DNA of 64,000 nucleotides from Schmidtea polychroa (Eukaryota): NCBI GenBank assembly GCA_044892525.1, contig CM097887.1, positions 117,840,397 to 117,904,396 of the forward strand, read 5' to 3'. Shown piece by piece: positions 12,831 to 27,409 of this stretch (position 1 is its first letter; each line of letters starts with the position of its first letter). The notes under the pieces were generated by a model. It saw only the letters and a program-made list of their open reading frames with translations, ran no database searches and was not told where the DNA came from. The position numbers and the translations under genes were made by a program.

Positions 12831-15703
12831 CTTTTTGTGTATTGTATGTATTAATTGCTGTTTTTTAAATTAATTAATTATTAAAATTTTTTAAAATTAT
12901 TAAATTAAATTATAAATGTTATAAAAAAAATTCTATTAATTAAAATTTTTAATTTTAAATTATTATTTTTTAATTTTTTTTAAAAGCTATTCTCAAGGTA
13001 AAAAACAACAAATCAGATTTTCATTTAATTGTTAATAAATAAAAATAATAATAATAACAATAATAACAAATATTAATTAATAATTATTGTTTCAGGTATC
13101 AATGGTTATATCTTAGATATTAATAAGATAATAACAGATGGATTTGCATCTTTAGAAAACAAAATAGGTAAATTTATATGTTGTTTGAGATTTTTTTAAT
13201 TNNNNNNNNNNNNNNNNNNNNNNNNNNNNNNNNNNNNNNNNNNNNNNNNNNNNNNNNNNNNNNNNNNNNNNNNNNNNNNNNNNNNNNNNNNNNNNNNNNN
13301 NNNNNNNNNNNNNNNNNNNNNNNNNNNNNNNNNNNNNNNNNNNNNNNNNNNNNNNNNNNNNNNNNNNNNNNNAACGAAATGTAATGATGTTTCTTCCAAG
13401 TTTTCAATCGCTTTAAAGATTGCACCAGAAACAAAAGCCATATTTAAATTTAAGCACTTTTGCCTTAATCAATGGAAATGAAATAGAGAAACCTTTTTTT
13501 TTGTTCCATTTCTCTGACTGAGAATAAAGAAACAATGGACCAAAATCGATATTGGTCCAAAAATGATTTTATCTTTCTTTTTCAAACTTTAAATGCGAAC
13601 TGATATTTCAATTAGGTGAACTTTGAACACTGATGACACAGAAATACATGAAGAACAAAGAGATTGATATTGATGAAATATACATTGGATGTTGAGGTGA
13701 AGTGATACGATATTCCACAAATTGCTGCGATTCCAGATTATAGAATACATTTTTTTTCTTTTGATTAATTGAAAAAACAAGGTTGCGATAAAATGTGAAT
13801 ATTTAAACAACGTAATGTTTGATTATAACATCAATATTGCATTTGTAATTTTAATTAAAAGAATTAAAAAAACTCAAAATTAAATATACATGTTTCAGGC
13901 ATTACATCCTGTATAATGCAAAATATATTCCATTAATATAATATTTTTCTAGACTTATTGGCCACTAATATCAATAACCCAATGAATAACTTAAGTAAGT
14001 GAAATTTTAATTTTATTTTATAATTTTCAGCTACAAATTAGATGTCTTTAAAAATTAAAAATAATGAAATTCACAAAAAAAAATTTTATCATTAGATATT
14101 TTCAATTGAGATAAACTTTGACATAGATGACGAACGTGGCAAAATTGAAAAAAATTTCACCAACAATTCTGCATTAAAAATTAATTATTCACTACCAAAT
14201 TATTTTAGCCAATTTTTTGTACAAAGTATTTGAAATTCATTTCTTCAGAAACTTGTTGAAGTTGTGAAATGTTACAAAGGTTAGCAAAATTTACATTGAA
14301 GTTCTAGTTGTGAGCTTAAGATAAACGTTTATAAATAATTAAAACCTTTGACAACAATTTCAATTTTCAATATGCTATAAAGTATAACAAAACTATCAAC
14401 ATTTATCACATCTCTACCCATTCGCCATTAATAAATTTCTAGTTCAAATAATCGACTCTAATTAGCTGTGTTTTTAATTTGACCGTTCCGATTTCTAGCG
14501 CAGCCAATAAAAATCGGATGGCTTCATAACATTAAAATAGGCATTTATGAAAGTGAAAAAGAATGAGAAAAAAAAATTGAAAATGAAAAGACAACAACCA
14601 AAATAAAATTAAACAATGAAATACGACAAGATCGTTTTAATTAACAAGTTTAATTTGAAAAGGAAAAAGAAAAACCAAAAATAAATTGGAAAATGGAACT
14701 TCCTTGTCTCGACAGTTTTTCCGAGATACCGAATGAACTATCTAGAAAGTCAGGAAAATAATTATCTGTAAATGTCATTACTATAGCAGGTGAGCTGCAT
14801 GTTATTTTTTGAATTTTTTATTGTGTTTATTATGATTGTTGGAATAATTGTTATAATTTTGGGTAAACATCAAACCAAAAAAATCAATAAAAAATAATTA
14901 AACTGATATATTCTTGGGTATGAATAAAATTTAAGAAATGGAAAATTAAAGATTGGAATATTCCTAGAAAATTTTAGAAAATTATTATAGCCAATCCTGG
15001 AAGAAGATATATTAGTTCTATTATTGTTTTTTATTTAATACAAGTTGTAAAATTTTAATTATTTTGTTATAACTACACTATATAATTAAAGTTTTAATTA
15101 TAATTTAAAACTAAACACACTCGCACCCCAGCAGTCCCAATACAGATTTTAAAGGTGACTCTTCTTGGTCCAGCCAATTTCTCTTTAGTGACAATTATAA
15201 CACATCACAACAACTATAATACATAACAACAGGCTATAAAATTAAAACACAGATTAAATTAAGTGAAACAATTTTAAAAAGAAAAGACTAACGAGGAAAC
15301 TAAAGTAAAACGAAACACAAAGGTGAAGATAAAGTGAATTACAAAATTATCGGAGAAAACATTGACAGATCAAAGGGCCAGTTTGAAACAAATGATGAAA
15401 GTTATTAATGAAAACTATCCAGAAATTTCAAAATTCCTATTTGTATTACTGGGGTGCCATTTATTTATGTCGTTCCCAAATATTACAGGGTAATTGCTGA
15501 TCAGAATTGTAAAATTTGTATTGTTAAATAATGTTCCAATATTCTTGAATCTTTCTTCATTGATTTAAAAACACGGGGGGAGCGGATTCAATAATAATCC
15601 TAACCAAATGTGTTATCAACCCAAAAAACTTCATAGCATAATTTTTTTATATAATTTACTTCCAAATAATCCCATGAATAAAGTACAAAGATTTTATAAT
15701 CAG

Positions 15704-17547
15704 GTTCAAATAAGGGTCTCTCAGCCAAACCAAATGAGAAAAGAAAATTTCGCACGAATGGACAAATAATTGAAATAAAAATTAAAGAACGAGATAACTG
15801 CGTAGCCGTTAAACAAAGAATTTGTAATAAACTTTCCCTTGTCAAATCAGAGGATTTCAAAATTCGAAAACTCAAATACAATGGGAGAATATTGGATGAT
15901 AATCAGTATCTCTCATCCTTCAATATACCTCAAAATGATGAGATACTCTGTGAAAAAGACTTCTCTGTCAATACAAGGTAAACTAATAATGGGCCATGTT
16001 GTTAATGCAATGCCGATATAGCAATATTCTGATGATCAAACCCGTAGGAAATATTCAGTTGCCAGAATTCATTGAAGTCCAAAAACATCAAACGATTTCT
16101 GTTTTGAAAAGATTGATTCCAGGAATTCCAAATGCCGAGAACCTCAAAATATTTGTCCAAAAAAATGATGTCAAAAACAAAAATCAGTTTAAAATCCTTG
16201 ATGAGAAATTAACTGTTGAGCAATGCAACATCATTGATGATGAATTTATATATTTTATATCAAGGTTTGTTTTAATGAATTAATTTTTTCTAAATTTATA
16301 ATTCTAAGAGAAATAAAAGAATTGAAAATCTCGTCGATATTTGACGAGAGAGATTCCTGTGTATTTGAATATGATAACACTGAAACCATTTTATCCATGA
16401 AACTGGAAGCAGCTAGAAAATTTAATTGTTCAAATGAAGATTTCGTGCTCATTCAAAAGGATAAGTTATCAGAGGAAGCGTTCGCATTCGAACACAATTT
16501 CACTGAAAGCGATCCTGTAAAATACTGCAGAATTATGAAGTAAATTATTTTATCTCAGAATTACTTTTTGATTAACATTTTCAGACTTGATGGCATCGAA
16601 ATCGGAGATCCTATAAATGTTGGGTCTCATTCAGACTTGATTAAAGCCAGAATGCAAAGAAAAAACATGGATATATTAATAGAGAAATATTTCAATCAAA
16701 ATCATAATGCGTTTGTTGAAAATACCCACATTACACGGGAAATATTAACATATCAAGTGACAAAATCCCATCGAAGATTTGTGAGTATATATGGAGTTTA
16801 TTATGATGACAATTCTTTTTATGTGGCCATGGAAAATATGGAGCGAGTAGGAGTTGTAATGTTTTGTGACTGAATTTGATAGATTCCTTACAGGGGACTT
16901 TGGAATCGTTCATCAGAGATCATCCAAAAGAATTCACCGAAGATGACATTGGGAAATGGGCATTTCAGATATTGGACGCGTTGAAATATCTTCATGACAA
17001 TAAAATAAGTCACCGGAATTTAAGTCGTAAGATTTACAGTGAAATGCAATATCAAATAATAATTAACCAAATTTGATTCAGCTTCAAGCATTTTATTAGA
17101 TAAATCCAAGAACATCAAGTTATCAAGTTTGAACTTATCAAAACAAATAGACCTTAATGAAGTTTCATTCAATGTCGCAATCGACATGGAATGTAAAAAG
17201 CCAATCCAATATTTTGCCCCAGAAATTATTAAAAAGGAAACCTTTTCCACCAAAACTGACGTGTGGTCATTTGGAGCGATTCTCATCTATATTATTACAC
17301 GTAATTTAGAATTGAATAATTAAATATTTTGATTAATAATTCAGAGAGACCTCCCTTCCCCAATAAGGATAAAGCCGATATTATAAAAGAATTCAAGGAA
17401 AATAAAATTCCCGATTACGACTGCCCAGAAATCAAGCATGACAAATTAAGAGAAATCGTCAAGTCATGCATGAAAATAGATCAAGAAAGTCGTCCAACTG
17501 TGGATATGTTATTAAATGATCCTTTTATCAGTCCATTCAAATCTTAA
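15704..17547 (+). CDS. host gene: three ubiquitin-like domains fused to a C-terminal pseudokinase (first exon not identified)
   Basis: Six 44-55 nt GT-AG introns (e.g. 15978-16021, 16265-16308, 16540-16584) join the exons in frame. Ubl motif LKYNGRILDDNQYLSSFNI. Kinase motifs HRNLSPSSILLD, IKLSSLN (in place of DFG), YFAPE, TDVWSFG, RPTVDMLL. AATAAA downstream. Confidence 0.85.
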
Positions 17548-17944
17548 ATTTGTATTTACTATCATACATTTTATAGTTTTATAGAACAATTTATAATAAA
17601 TAAAATAAATAATTACACCGAACTTTTGCAATTACTCAGTTCTGTTGGGGTTGTTAAATTTGAAATTATTATAATTCCAAAATAATTAAAAAAGGAACAT
17701 TGGAAATAAATAAAATAATATATAAAAAAACTAGGTATTAAAAATGATGAAACTAGGATGGGAAATATTGTATGATGAAAACGAAATCAAAGATGCGACA
17801 GCTGAACCAGATGACACTGAGGAAAAAGTAAAAGAATTAGTGGATAAAACTACAAAAAATCCAAATAAACTAGAAGGGAAATCAAAAATTTCAGTTATAA
17901 TTGTATAATCACGCTATTGCTAGATTTAATAAGAGAAAGTAATG

Positions 17945-19720
17945 AGATAGTTTCATATGATTGCCAAAATACACAATGGGACAGAAATATTCGCTGCTGG
18001 GCGTTGAAAACTGCCCAGAAACAAATACAACTAAATTAATTTCCACGCAGCCCAGGATTTTTCACATTTTAAGAGTTCACATATATAAGAGTTCACAAGA
18101 GTCAAGCTTCATTCATACAGAGACAAGAGAGTGCATCATAAAATATTCGGATATTCGTATGCAACAAAATTGCGAGAACAATACTAACACCGACATGGGC
18201 ACCAAAAGCACTGATAGTAACACCAAGTGAATGTGAGGAAGCATTTTAAACAAGAAGGGACAAAACACCTGATGGAATTGAATTAAATGCTCAGGTAGGG
18301 GCTAAAGTGAAACAATTAGTAAACGTTGTTGGATGGTTATCAGCAGGAGGATATTGTCATGGATGAAGATATAAGATATGGTGTCCGGAGATAGATGATA
18401 TCGTGGTAAGGAGATAATATTATGCCGAATTGAGAAAATTTAAAGTATCTTTTGATAGGTCGTCGAAGAAAATGATGACACAAAAGTTTTGCACATTAGA
18501 TGATTTAAGTTGTGACACAGGAGAGTCAATGATAGTGTATAAAGTCGATAAATATAAACAAAATTAAAATATTTAAAGTTTAGAACGATTAGGGGAAATC
18601 AGTTTACGGATATAGAATCAAAAAAGATAAGAGATCATAAGAGAACCACAACGATTGTACAAGAAAAGGATACCAACAATATATATGACGGAACCAGAAA
18701 CAGAGGCAATGAGATTTGTAGGTAAGGGCGAGAGGATTAAATGCGGAAAAGCAATTGTTCAAACAAATTACGAAGGTATTTATATCAGTGAAGACGAAAT
18801 TAAAGATGCTAAACAAAAAATAGATAAATTTGATATTAAATTGTCTTCTTATTTTAACAACAAAATAGATAATTTTAACCACCATCAATTAGTTCAATTA
18901 GACCGAGTGTATCAAGCAACTATCCAAAATGATTGCAGACTAAATAGAGAAATATTGAGAACGAAAATGGCAGTAGCAGTAATAAATACAGACTTAATGA
19001 CTACGATACTTTTTTCAGAACAAGGAATCTTTGCGAGAGTAGTAAGGGAATTAATACAAATCTACCAATGTAGGCCAGTCAGTGTGTCATTAGCAACAAA
19101 TAATCAGTGCATAAATGAGTTACCAGTTGTCTATAAAGGAGACTCGGTATATCTCCAACCAATTACGAGGATATTAACCGATAAAAATGATATCCCAAGG
19201 AAAATCGAAAAATGCACTAATCTACTTGATCCGCCATATAAAATCAGTATTGGCATGTGGATTACGATGTCAGACAGAAAGGAAGCAGCAAAGCCGCATA
19301 AATTTAAATTAATTGAATTAGAGAAGAAACTAAAATTCACAGAAGTCAACGAAATGGACAATAATATCATGTATACAAGAGTAGCCATAGAGAGTACCAG
19401 AAAACACGTGTTGTTCACTAATGAAAAGAAAGAGTACCATCAATTATGGTAAATAAAGTAATCGGAAGTAGTCATGGAGGAAGCTACAATTTTGATGTAT
19501 TATTATCAAATGAACATTTTAAAAAGGTTGTGTATCGAGTGTTATATAGCATATGGGGATATTTGGCAATCATTGGAAACATGTTCTCAACAATATAAGG
19601 AATATACTATACAGTGGCATTATTGAAAATAATTTGCTTATCATTGGTGTATTTAAAACAACTCAGACAAGTGTTTAGAAATTCATATAAGTTAATAGCA
19701 TGTTTTGTCCATTTAAAGCA
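17945..19720 (+). pseudogene. env: decayed chuvirus-like envelope glycoprotein from a second, diverged element
   Basis: Colinear with the glycoprotein at 47640-49480: YDC..GQKYSL...C, QESSFIHTETRECII, TNYEGIYIS, QNDCRLNREILRTKMAVA, CINELPVVYKG..YLQPITRIL. Multiple stops and frameshifts outside ORF 18655-19452. Confidence 0.82.
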
Positions 19721-20060
19721 AAATATTTAATAACACCAAAACATTACAAAGAGATTAATAAAAAGACCAAAAGAAGAGCAACAAATAATGATCATAGAAA
19801 AAGACGAGGAAAACCTAGAAGAATCCGAACAACGGTAGAGGGATATACGATAATCAAAGAGAGTTATTAAAAGAGAAGGAGAGTAATATCGAGGTTAAGA
19901 TGCCAAAACTAAGCAAAAGTTGTCATTGTTTACCCAGAAAGATATGGGTGTTATGATTTGGAACTTTGTATGAATGACATGTGGGGATCAGCAAACGAAG
20001 CAAGACAACTACTTCAAATAACAATAAATAATATAAGCATAAATGATTTAAGATAAACAT

Positions 20061-20330
20061 TACAAGCTTTGTGATATCCAGTGGAAATCCCAATATTAGA
20101 CTAGTTTCGAGCTACGCGAATATTTCTCTTGGCGCCAGGTAAGTATACAATATTGCTGATTCAACTCTATTGCTTACTTTACCTGCTACACTGGAAATCA
20201 CATCACTTGCAAATTCGCTAAATCACAGAAAAATATCTGCAAACTTGTAAACATGGCGTATGAAAAATCATATTCACCTCTGGAGACACCGTCATACACA
20301 GATACTGTTTACAAGTGCATCCGTAATATA
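20061..20330. repeat. dispersed copy of the fold-back repeat family at 29972-30536
   Basis: Shares TACAAGCTTTGTGAT..CAGTG.AAATCCCAATA.TAGACTAGTTTCGAGCT and GCGCCAGGTAAGTATACAATATTG. Its remainder is the reverse complement of ~30230-30400. Confidence 0.75.
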
Positions 20331-20719
20331 ATTTTATAATTTTATATAATTCAATTCTAGTAATTCTTGGTACATTGGATCTCCTGTAATATTTAAATCT
20401 ATGTAATTCAATTCTCTCTAACATAATTAGGTTGAAATTGGATTGACGATGACGACGAAATGTGGTTATAAAAAAAAAATTATTTTCTTTAGGAAGGAAA
20501 ATTAAAAAATTATTGTTATTATTCTCGAGAGATGAGAGACCAAAAATGAAAGTTATTTTCATTTCAATAACTAATATTAATGAAAACTGAAATTTAATTT
20601 AAATTTAGATCATCTGGTAAAGGGTAGGCAAAAATACAATACAAAAAAATAAAACATTTATTATCATTATTGATGCTATTTATTTATTATTATTTAATAT
20701 AACTTATCAATTTTTCGCC

Positions 20720-22026
20720 ATGCTAGAATTTAGTACATCTCAAAAGTGGACTCGTAAGTTTGTAATTCAAGGTTATTTATTTAACAAGAACAACGATGAC
20801 AGTGATGGCAAGAAGCTCTGGCGTTGTGAAAGAAGAACATGCAAAGCACGCCTTCATATATGTGCAAATGCAATTGTTCTTGAAGTTGGAATTCGCAATC
20901 ACACAGTCACTCATGGACAAGTTGAGGTTGAAAGGGCTCGTGCTAACATAAAAAGGAGAGCCGAAACAAGTAAAGAAGCAACGCGATCGGTTGTTCAGAA
21001 TGAGCAGATGAATGTTCCACTTGCAGCAGCTCAACTACTCCCAAAATGTCAAACTTTTTCATCGGCAACGCGCTAGACCGAATGATCAACAAGACATCAT
21101 AGTGTATTCTCTGACGCAGAACAACCAGCCATTTATCCGTGTCTACCGAGAAAACATGATCATATTTGCAGCAGATGAATATCTTGATTTCCTGTCAAGA
21201 TGCCAACATTGGTTTGCTGATAGAATATTTCAAGAAGTTCCGAATTGATTCGATCAACCTTACACGATACATGGCTTTGTTAATAGAGAAGTTTTCCCTG
21301 CAATTTATGTTTTACTATCCGAGGGAACTGAAGAAACATATCAACAACTTCTTCAAGAAATTATCAACTTGCGTGCAGATTTGAATCCAGTATTTTGAAT
21401 TGGTTGCAAATCGAGTCTTTCAGAACACATTTTCAATAGCAGCATTAACTGGATGCATGTTTCACTTTGGTCAGTAAGTCTGGAAGAAGCTACAATCAGA
21501 AGGTTTATCAGAACGTTACAGAGATGAACCGGATTTCGCGCTTATTCTTTTGTCTTTTAGATCTAGCATTCATTCCGTCAGACGACGTGATAAACGTTTT
21601 CGAAAATCTGACTGGAGATCCAATGTATCAAGAAATTGAAATCATTTGTGATTACATGGAAGACAACTTCATCGGCAGATAAAGAAGAGGAAGAAGAGGT
21701 CCGTCAAGATTTGCAATTGAGCTATGGATTCAATATTCGAGACTCGTTGATAACCTGCTTCACCGCAACAATAGAATGCTTTCAACAATATTGTTGGTTT
21801 TACTCATCCGTCCGTAACAAAGTCAGCTCGAAAACTACAACAGGAGCAACATTCCACTCAACTTCATCATCATCAACTTGAGCTAAGTTCAACAACGGGA
21901 TAGAAGAAGAAAGAATACGTCCGCATAAATGAAGCACTTCACACCATGGTAGTTGCTTATAACAACCGAGATCCGGTTACATATTTGGTTGATATTGCGC
22001 GCCTGCTCAATATGAATGCTGCCTAA
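20720..22026 (+). pseudogene. Mutator-like (MULE) FLYWCH transposase relic
   Basis: FLYWCH-type GYLFNK...LWRCERRTCKARLH...HTVTH, then HWFADRIF, YTIHG...PAIYVLL, GCMFHFGQ, LAFIP...DYMEDNFIG. Several frameshifts and stops. Confidence 0.8.
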
Positions 22027-22905
22027 CAGCAACTTTATTGCAAATGTGTATAAACATAAACGAAACATTGTAAGGCCTATAATGGGCCTAAAGTCTTAAA
22101 TATTTGACATTAAATTTTATATAACTTATTTATTCATAATAATTTATATATTTCTATTAGACTAGTCTAGATTTTTCTATTGTTTTTTATTATTATTAAA
22201 CGAAAGACGGAAAGAGCCAGGCGTTAACTTACTTTTCTAATCATTAATCTATTCCTTCAAAATTAATGCTTTGTGCTAGGGTAACCTTTGACTAACTACA
22301 TTTAAAAAGAAACTTATTACTCTATTACTTGAATCTATATCATTTTGTAGTAGTAGAACCCAATACATCAATGAATATGCCATTACATAAACATCTGTCT
22401 TCTCTTTCATCAGATGTATAGATTATAACATTAGAACCCAGCAAAAAATATTTATTAAGTTTTTTAATTTTTAAAAATTTAAAACTAAAAATTACGAAGA
22501 AAATATTTCTAAGAATTTTAAGTTCCTGACCATTGGAAATTTTTATTATCCCAACAATAATTAGAACATTAAATTAAACTTTGAGAGAACCTTGTTTAGT
22601 TCTAAATTCAATAATTGTGTATCAATAATGAAATTAAATAAACTGAATTATTGTAAAAATCCGCAAAACTATTCAAAATTTATGACAATCAAGATAATTT
22701 ACGCAGTTATTTTAATACTTATGTATTTTTACTTATTTTAATAAATCAATATACACACACTTCACAGTACACAAAGACAAGGAATTTTGTATTCGCGTGT
22801 GTGTTAAGGTAAGAACTAAAAATAAACAGAATCCACCAATCAAATCATTCTATGCAATAACTAATTCATTTTGAATTTTAACTTTTACAATTTTGCATTC
22901 TTACA

Positions 22906-23742
22906 ATGTCGATTTTACTTGGAATTATTATTTTTATCTATTCAATCAAAATCAGCAGACAAGAACAACCTTTATCAATGTGTGGAATTGGAAAACCATT
23001 CAAAACAATGAACAATTCATGTGCCAATTTTATGCAAGTTTGCGTGAAAACTGGTGAGTCAATTATTTATTCATAAAAATCAATTACATTTTGGAATTTC
23101 GTGCTTTATCAATAATTTTGAATAATCTGCTAAAGGATTCTTGAGGAACTAAAATCTATAAATCTATAAATAGTAACAAATTTTAATATTCTTTAGTTTT
23201 TGTCTGAAATATTTCCAATATTCAAACTTATTCATACTTACTTTTTCCATTTTGGATTTAAATTAATTGCTGAATAATTTAAACAGTCGCATTTACAGTA
23301 TATATACAAATTTTGAAAGTAAATATGTATTAATATGTATTTGTAACTCGAATTAATAATCAAACAAAAACTAATTTTTGATTGGCGGAAATTATTTTTG
23401 TAGAACTTTAATTTTGTTCAATGCAATACTAACTAATATATCCGAAAATTTACACTTAATCATTAATAATAAAAATGAATAACAATTATAATAATAATTG
23501 ACAGGTGACACAGAATGCCAAAATTTTCAAAACGTTTGTCAACGTAAGATTATTATTAAATATTACTTTATTAAATATTAATATTATTCAGAATGCCCGG
23601 CTTCTAACTACAGCATTCAAAGTAAATAATAATATATAAATTATTCCATAAATAATACATTTATTTAGCTTTTATGGACGTAAGAATTATCAACGGTTTG
23701 TCCCATTATATTTTAAATTTGATATTTTATTCTCATCTTTAA
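22906..23742 (+). CDS. small secreted 6-Cys peptide, paralog B
   Basis: Exons 22906-23053 (MSILLGIIIFIYSIKISRQEQPLSMCGIGKPFKTMNNSCANFMQVCVKT), 23505-23543 (DTECQNFQNVCQ), 23592-23621 (CPASNYSIQ), tentative 23669-23742. All junctions GT-AG, phase 1. Confidence 0.65.
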
Positions 23743-25879
23743 ATTAAAATTAGTTTACACGCTAAAATCAAAAAGGTATGAAAAGCTATTGTTATTCTTA
23801 AAAACTTTGAAGTATCCCTCTTCGTAATCAGCATTTTCGAGCTATTTATTCTCCAGGGAAATTTTATTAGTGAAATGTGACGAATCATTCGTATATCTTT
23901 TATTTATCGAATAATTCTTTCTTCTATTCGTTGACTTAGATATGTTTATATTTTCGTAATATTTTAGCATGAAAAATATGAAAAATTCACTTTTTATATT
24001 TTCTAATTTCCCACTGAAAAGCAGTAACGTTTGAGTTGGTGTAACTTTGTTTACCTTTATTATGTCGCTTTCTACATTGATTTAAATTTCTATCATATTG
24101 AAATCTATTTCAATTTCAAACGCCTTTCATTATTTCCCTTACTAACTTGGTTGAAATAAAAAACATATTCTTTTCTCATTACCTGAATTATGACGGAAGT
24201 GTCAAAACTTGGAAATGTTTGTGTGACGAAATTTTTAATTTTACAAATGTTGAGTACATGCTTATGTTTTCAACTCCATACCCACCCTTGTATGACGTAA
24301 TAATAAAGTCAAAAGTTTATTTAAAAAATTTAAGGAGAACTTCATTAAAAGGTCTAAAAGGGCGGCTTAAGTCGCAAAACGAGTGAATTAAGAACCAATA
24401 GTTAAGGGTTAAGTTTATTTAGGATTTGGTTAAAGGTAAAAAACGATATATTAAAGAGTAAATATAGAAAGGTGAATTTGATTTAGAGCATTTCAAGGTT
24501 TGAAGGGGTTGGGTATGGTAAAACATTAAGGACTAAGGCGATTTACAGTTATTTTATGACAGGAAAACGTAATTTAGGGTCCGAATTTTAGAGTTAGCTC
24601 TAATTAGATCCGTTAAAGGATTGATATAGTTGGTTAAACGGGTAAATATTAAGGAAAGTGGATTAAGAGTCGATAAGGGTAAAAAAAAGAATAACAATAT
24701 ATTTAGTAAAACTGATAGTCAATTAAGATATAAAAATCAGTATGGAAATCAGTCAGTCTAATCATCCGAAACATGGATAATTCTGATATATATTAGTTGA
24801 AATCAGTAAACGGTTCATGACTATAAGCAAAAATAATGTTATGATTGTAGTGTTTTGTTAATTACAGTAAACATGTTTCAAGTCCAAAATCCATCCCAAA
24901 ATAGTTTCGACCTCAAAGGTTTTTATTTAACAACAATTATATGCACAGAAATAAAATGTTTACCTGAATAAAATTTTATAGAGATTTCATATATCCTTTT
25001 AATATTATGTTTTTTTTGCTTTATATTCATACTTGCAGTTGCTCGAGCAAGGTTGTTTCGACAGTTAAGTGTAGTGTTCTGCAATAAATATAGTGCGCCG
25101 GTTATGATTGGGAGAATAAATGGGTTGTATATTTGATTATCACCGAAGTCCAATTTATAGTAAATGCATAATTGCAAAAAATTTCCTAACATCTGACATT
25201 TTGGCCCAAAAGTTGTTAGTGCCTTTGGATCTACATATGTTTGTGAAGCTTTTTTTCTAAACTGAAATACAATAAAAATTTAAATTGAACGTCAATAATC
25301 AGTTAAGATTTGCAACGTCGAATATTGAAACAGATATAGAAAAATTAAGTAAGTGAAAAGACACACAAATATCACACTGAAAAAATTGCATGTATTGATG
25401 TATTTTTTGTTTACAACCAAACAAATATATTTTGTTGTTCGTTCATTACATGTTTTCTTTTTATATATAGATTTTTCCTTCAAATTATCATTAAAAAATA
25501 TTGATGAGTACAAAATTATTTGTAAAGCCAGAAAAAATGATAAGAACAAATTTTCCTTGGGAAATTTTAGTTCATCAATGCGACCCTTGGTGCAATTTGG
25601 CTGGCCAGTCCTGACTGTGGACATAAGGAGATAAATCAACTGCATTGCCATGATCATCCAAATCATATAGGCCAAAAACTGTTTTAGTGTTATTAGGTGG
25701 AATTAAAAAATGGCTGATAGTAGTTCGAGCTTCTCTGCGTTTCTTGTATTCATATTCACTTAGGTTTTTTCTTTTTTTTGTTAAACATCGCAAAAGTCTG
25801 TTTCAAATAAATGGAACTATAAAATAATGCTATAAATCAAATTTTAAATAAATCTTATTTTAATGTCAATATGCACTTT

Positions 25880-26200
25880 ATATTTGCGTTAAAATGAAAA
25901 GATTAACGAATGTCGAATGTTAATTAGAAAGATTAATCAACATTCGTTCAATGATTACAACAGAATGGTGTTTCTCCTATGTTAATTCTTTTTTGAATTT
26001 TCTAATCACTACTTTGTTTAACTGTTTGTTGCATAGCTTCTGTCCTCCAAAGTGGACTTTCAAACTTTCAAATATTTTGTTGCACCGATTTCAACAGAAT
26101 GGTATCCCCCTGTGAGAATTCTCATATTGCGCTTCACAGTACTAGTTTGTTTAAAGTACTTGCGCCTTGCTGCACTGATTTTCACTATAAATTTGTGTCA
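25880..26200 (-). pseudogene. possible degenerate C2H2 zinc-finger array
   Basis: Frameshifted MRILTG..PFC*NRCNKIF and KRINIGETPFCCNH resemble HTGEKPF.C..C linkers. Confidence 0.35.
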
Positions 26201-27409
26201 CTCAAGTGAATTTCTATTTTGTTATTTGTTAAATTGTAACTTTAAATTACAGTTACCATTCACTACGCCACTGTCTCACTTTCTTTCTCAAATAGTAATT
26301 CTTTCTCACTTTTGTTATTTATTCGTATTTTGATTGCTACTATTATCATTTCCAATATTGTATTATAATTACAATTGTCCGTATTAAAGATTTCCCATTT
26401 TATTCTGCAACAAAGGCTAATATTTAATTTATGTTATAGATAACAATCATCATGTTTTCCTGGAATGACGGAAAGATGCGAGATCTTTGATCCGAATCAT
26501 CCATATTTCTAACATTTTCTAATGTTGCATTTATTAAACAAGTATTTCAAATTTTGATTTTCTTCCAACAATTTGTTACCTAATGATTATAAAGAATTGC
26601 ATAAAAATTGAATTAACTGCGTCACATTTGCATTGTAATTCAACATCGAAAACATTAACGCGTAAATATTCAATCTTAACATGCACGATTTTTAGAATTT
26701 TACGTAAAAATATTAATAAATTTGGCGGATATACGATGTGCAAGTCTCTAAATAAATATTATGGTTGCTTAAATAATTATATATTAAGTCCATTTAAACA
26801 ATCAACAGATAAAGTTCTGGTGAAATAAAATTATATATTAAATTAAATATTAATAAATTTTCTTAGGATGTTAAATTGTAATTTTTATGATCTGGCTACC
26901 TTATTTAATTTAATGTTTAATAAATCACTTATTAAACAATAAAAATATATAATAGTAATAAATTAATAATAATAATAGACTTAATAATGTTAAATAAATG
27001 AAATAATTTTAGAAATAAAAATAATTTTTTACAAAATTTTTAGAAAGGATGTCAGAAATCGAAAAGAAATTGAATTTTTTGAGTAGCAATCAACAATCTG
27101 GTAATAATATTAAATAGCCTAAATTATTTTCATTATTTTAAGGTTATAATTCAAATCAAAATATTATAATTAGTGAGTTCAATTTATTTTTTTTAAACAC
27201 TTGAAAATAATGATGATATTTAAATTAAATAAGAGAAAACCATTTTTTAAATATCTTTATTCATTATATCTCTACAGCTCGACTGTTCTCATCAGCTACT
27301 AAACTATTTAAAAAAAAACGATTATACTTATTTGGTTTACTAATAATTAAATAATTATAGTGCGGAATCCAATAAAATTTATTAATCACAATACAATTAA
27401 TTAAAAAAC

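Noticed and set aside
24923-25793. Possible minus-strand host exons
   Set aside because: They look coding-like, but I could not build a consistent spliced frame or assign a family.
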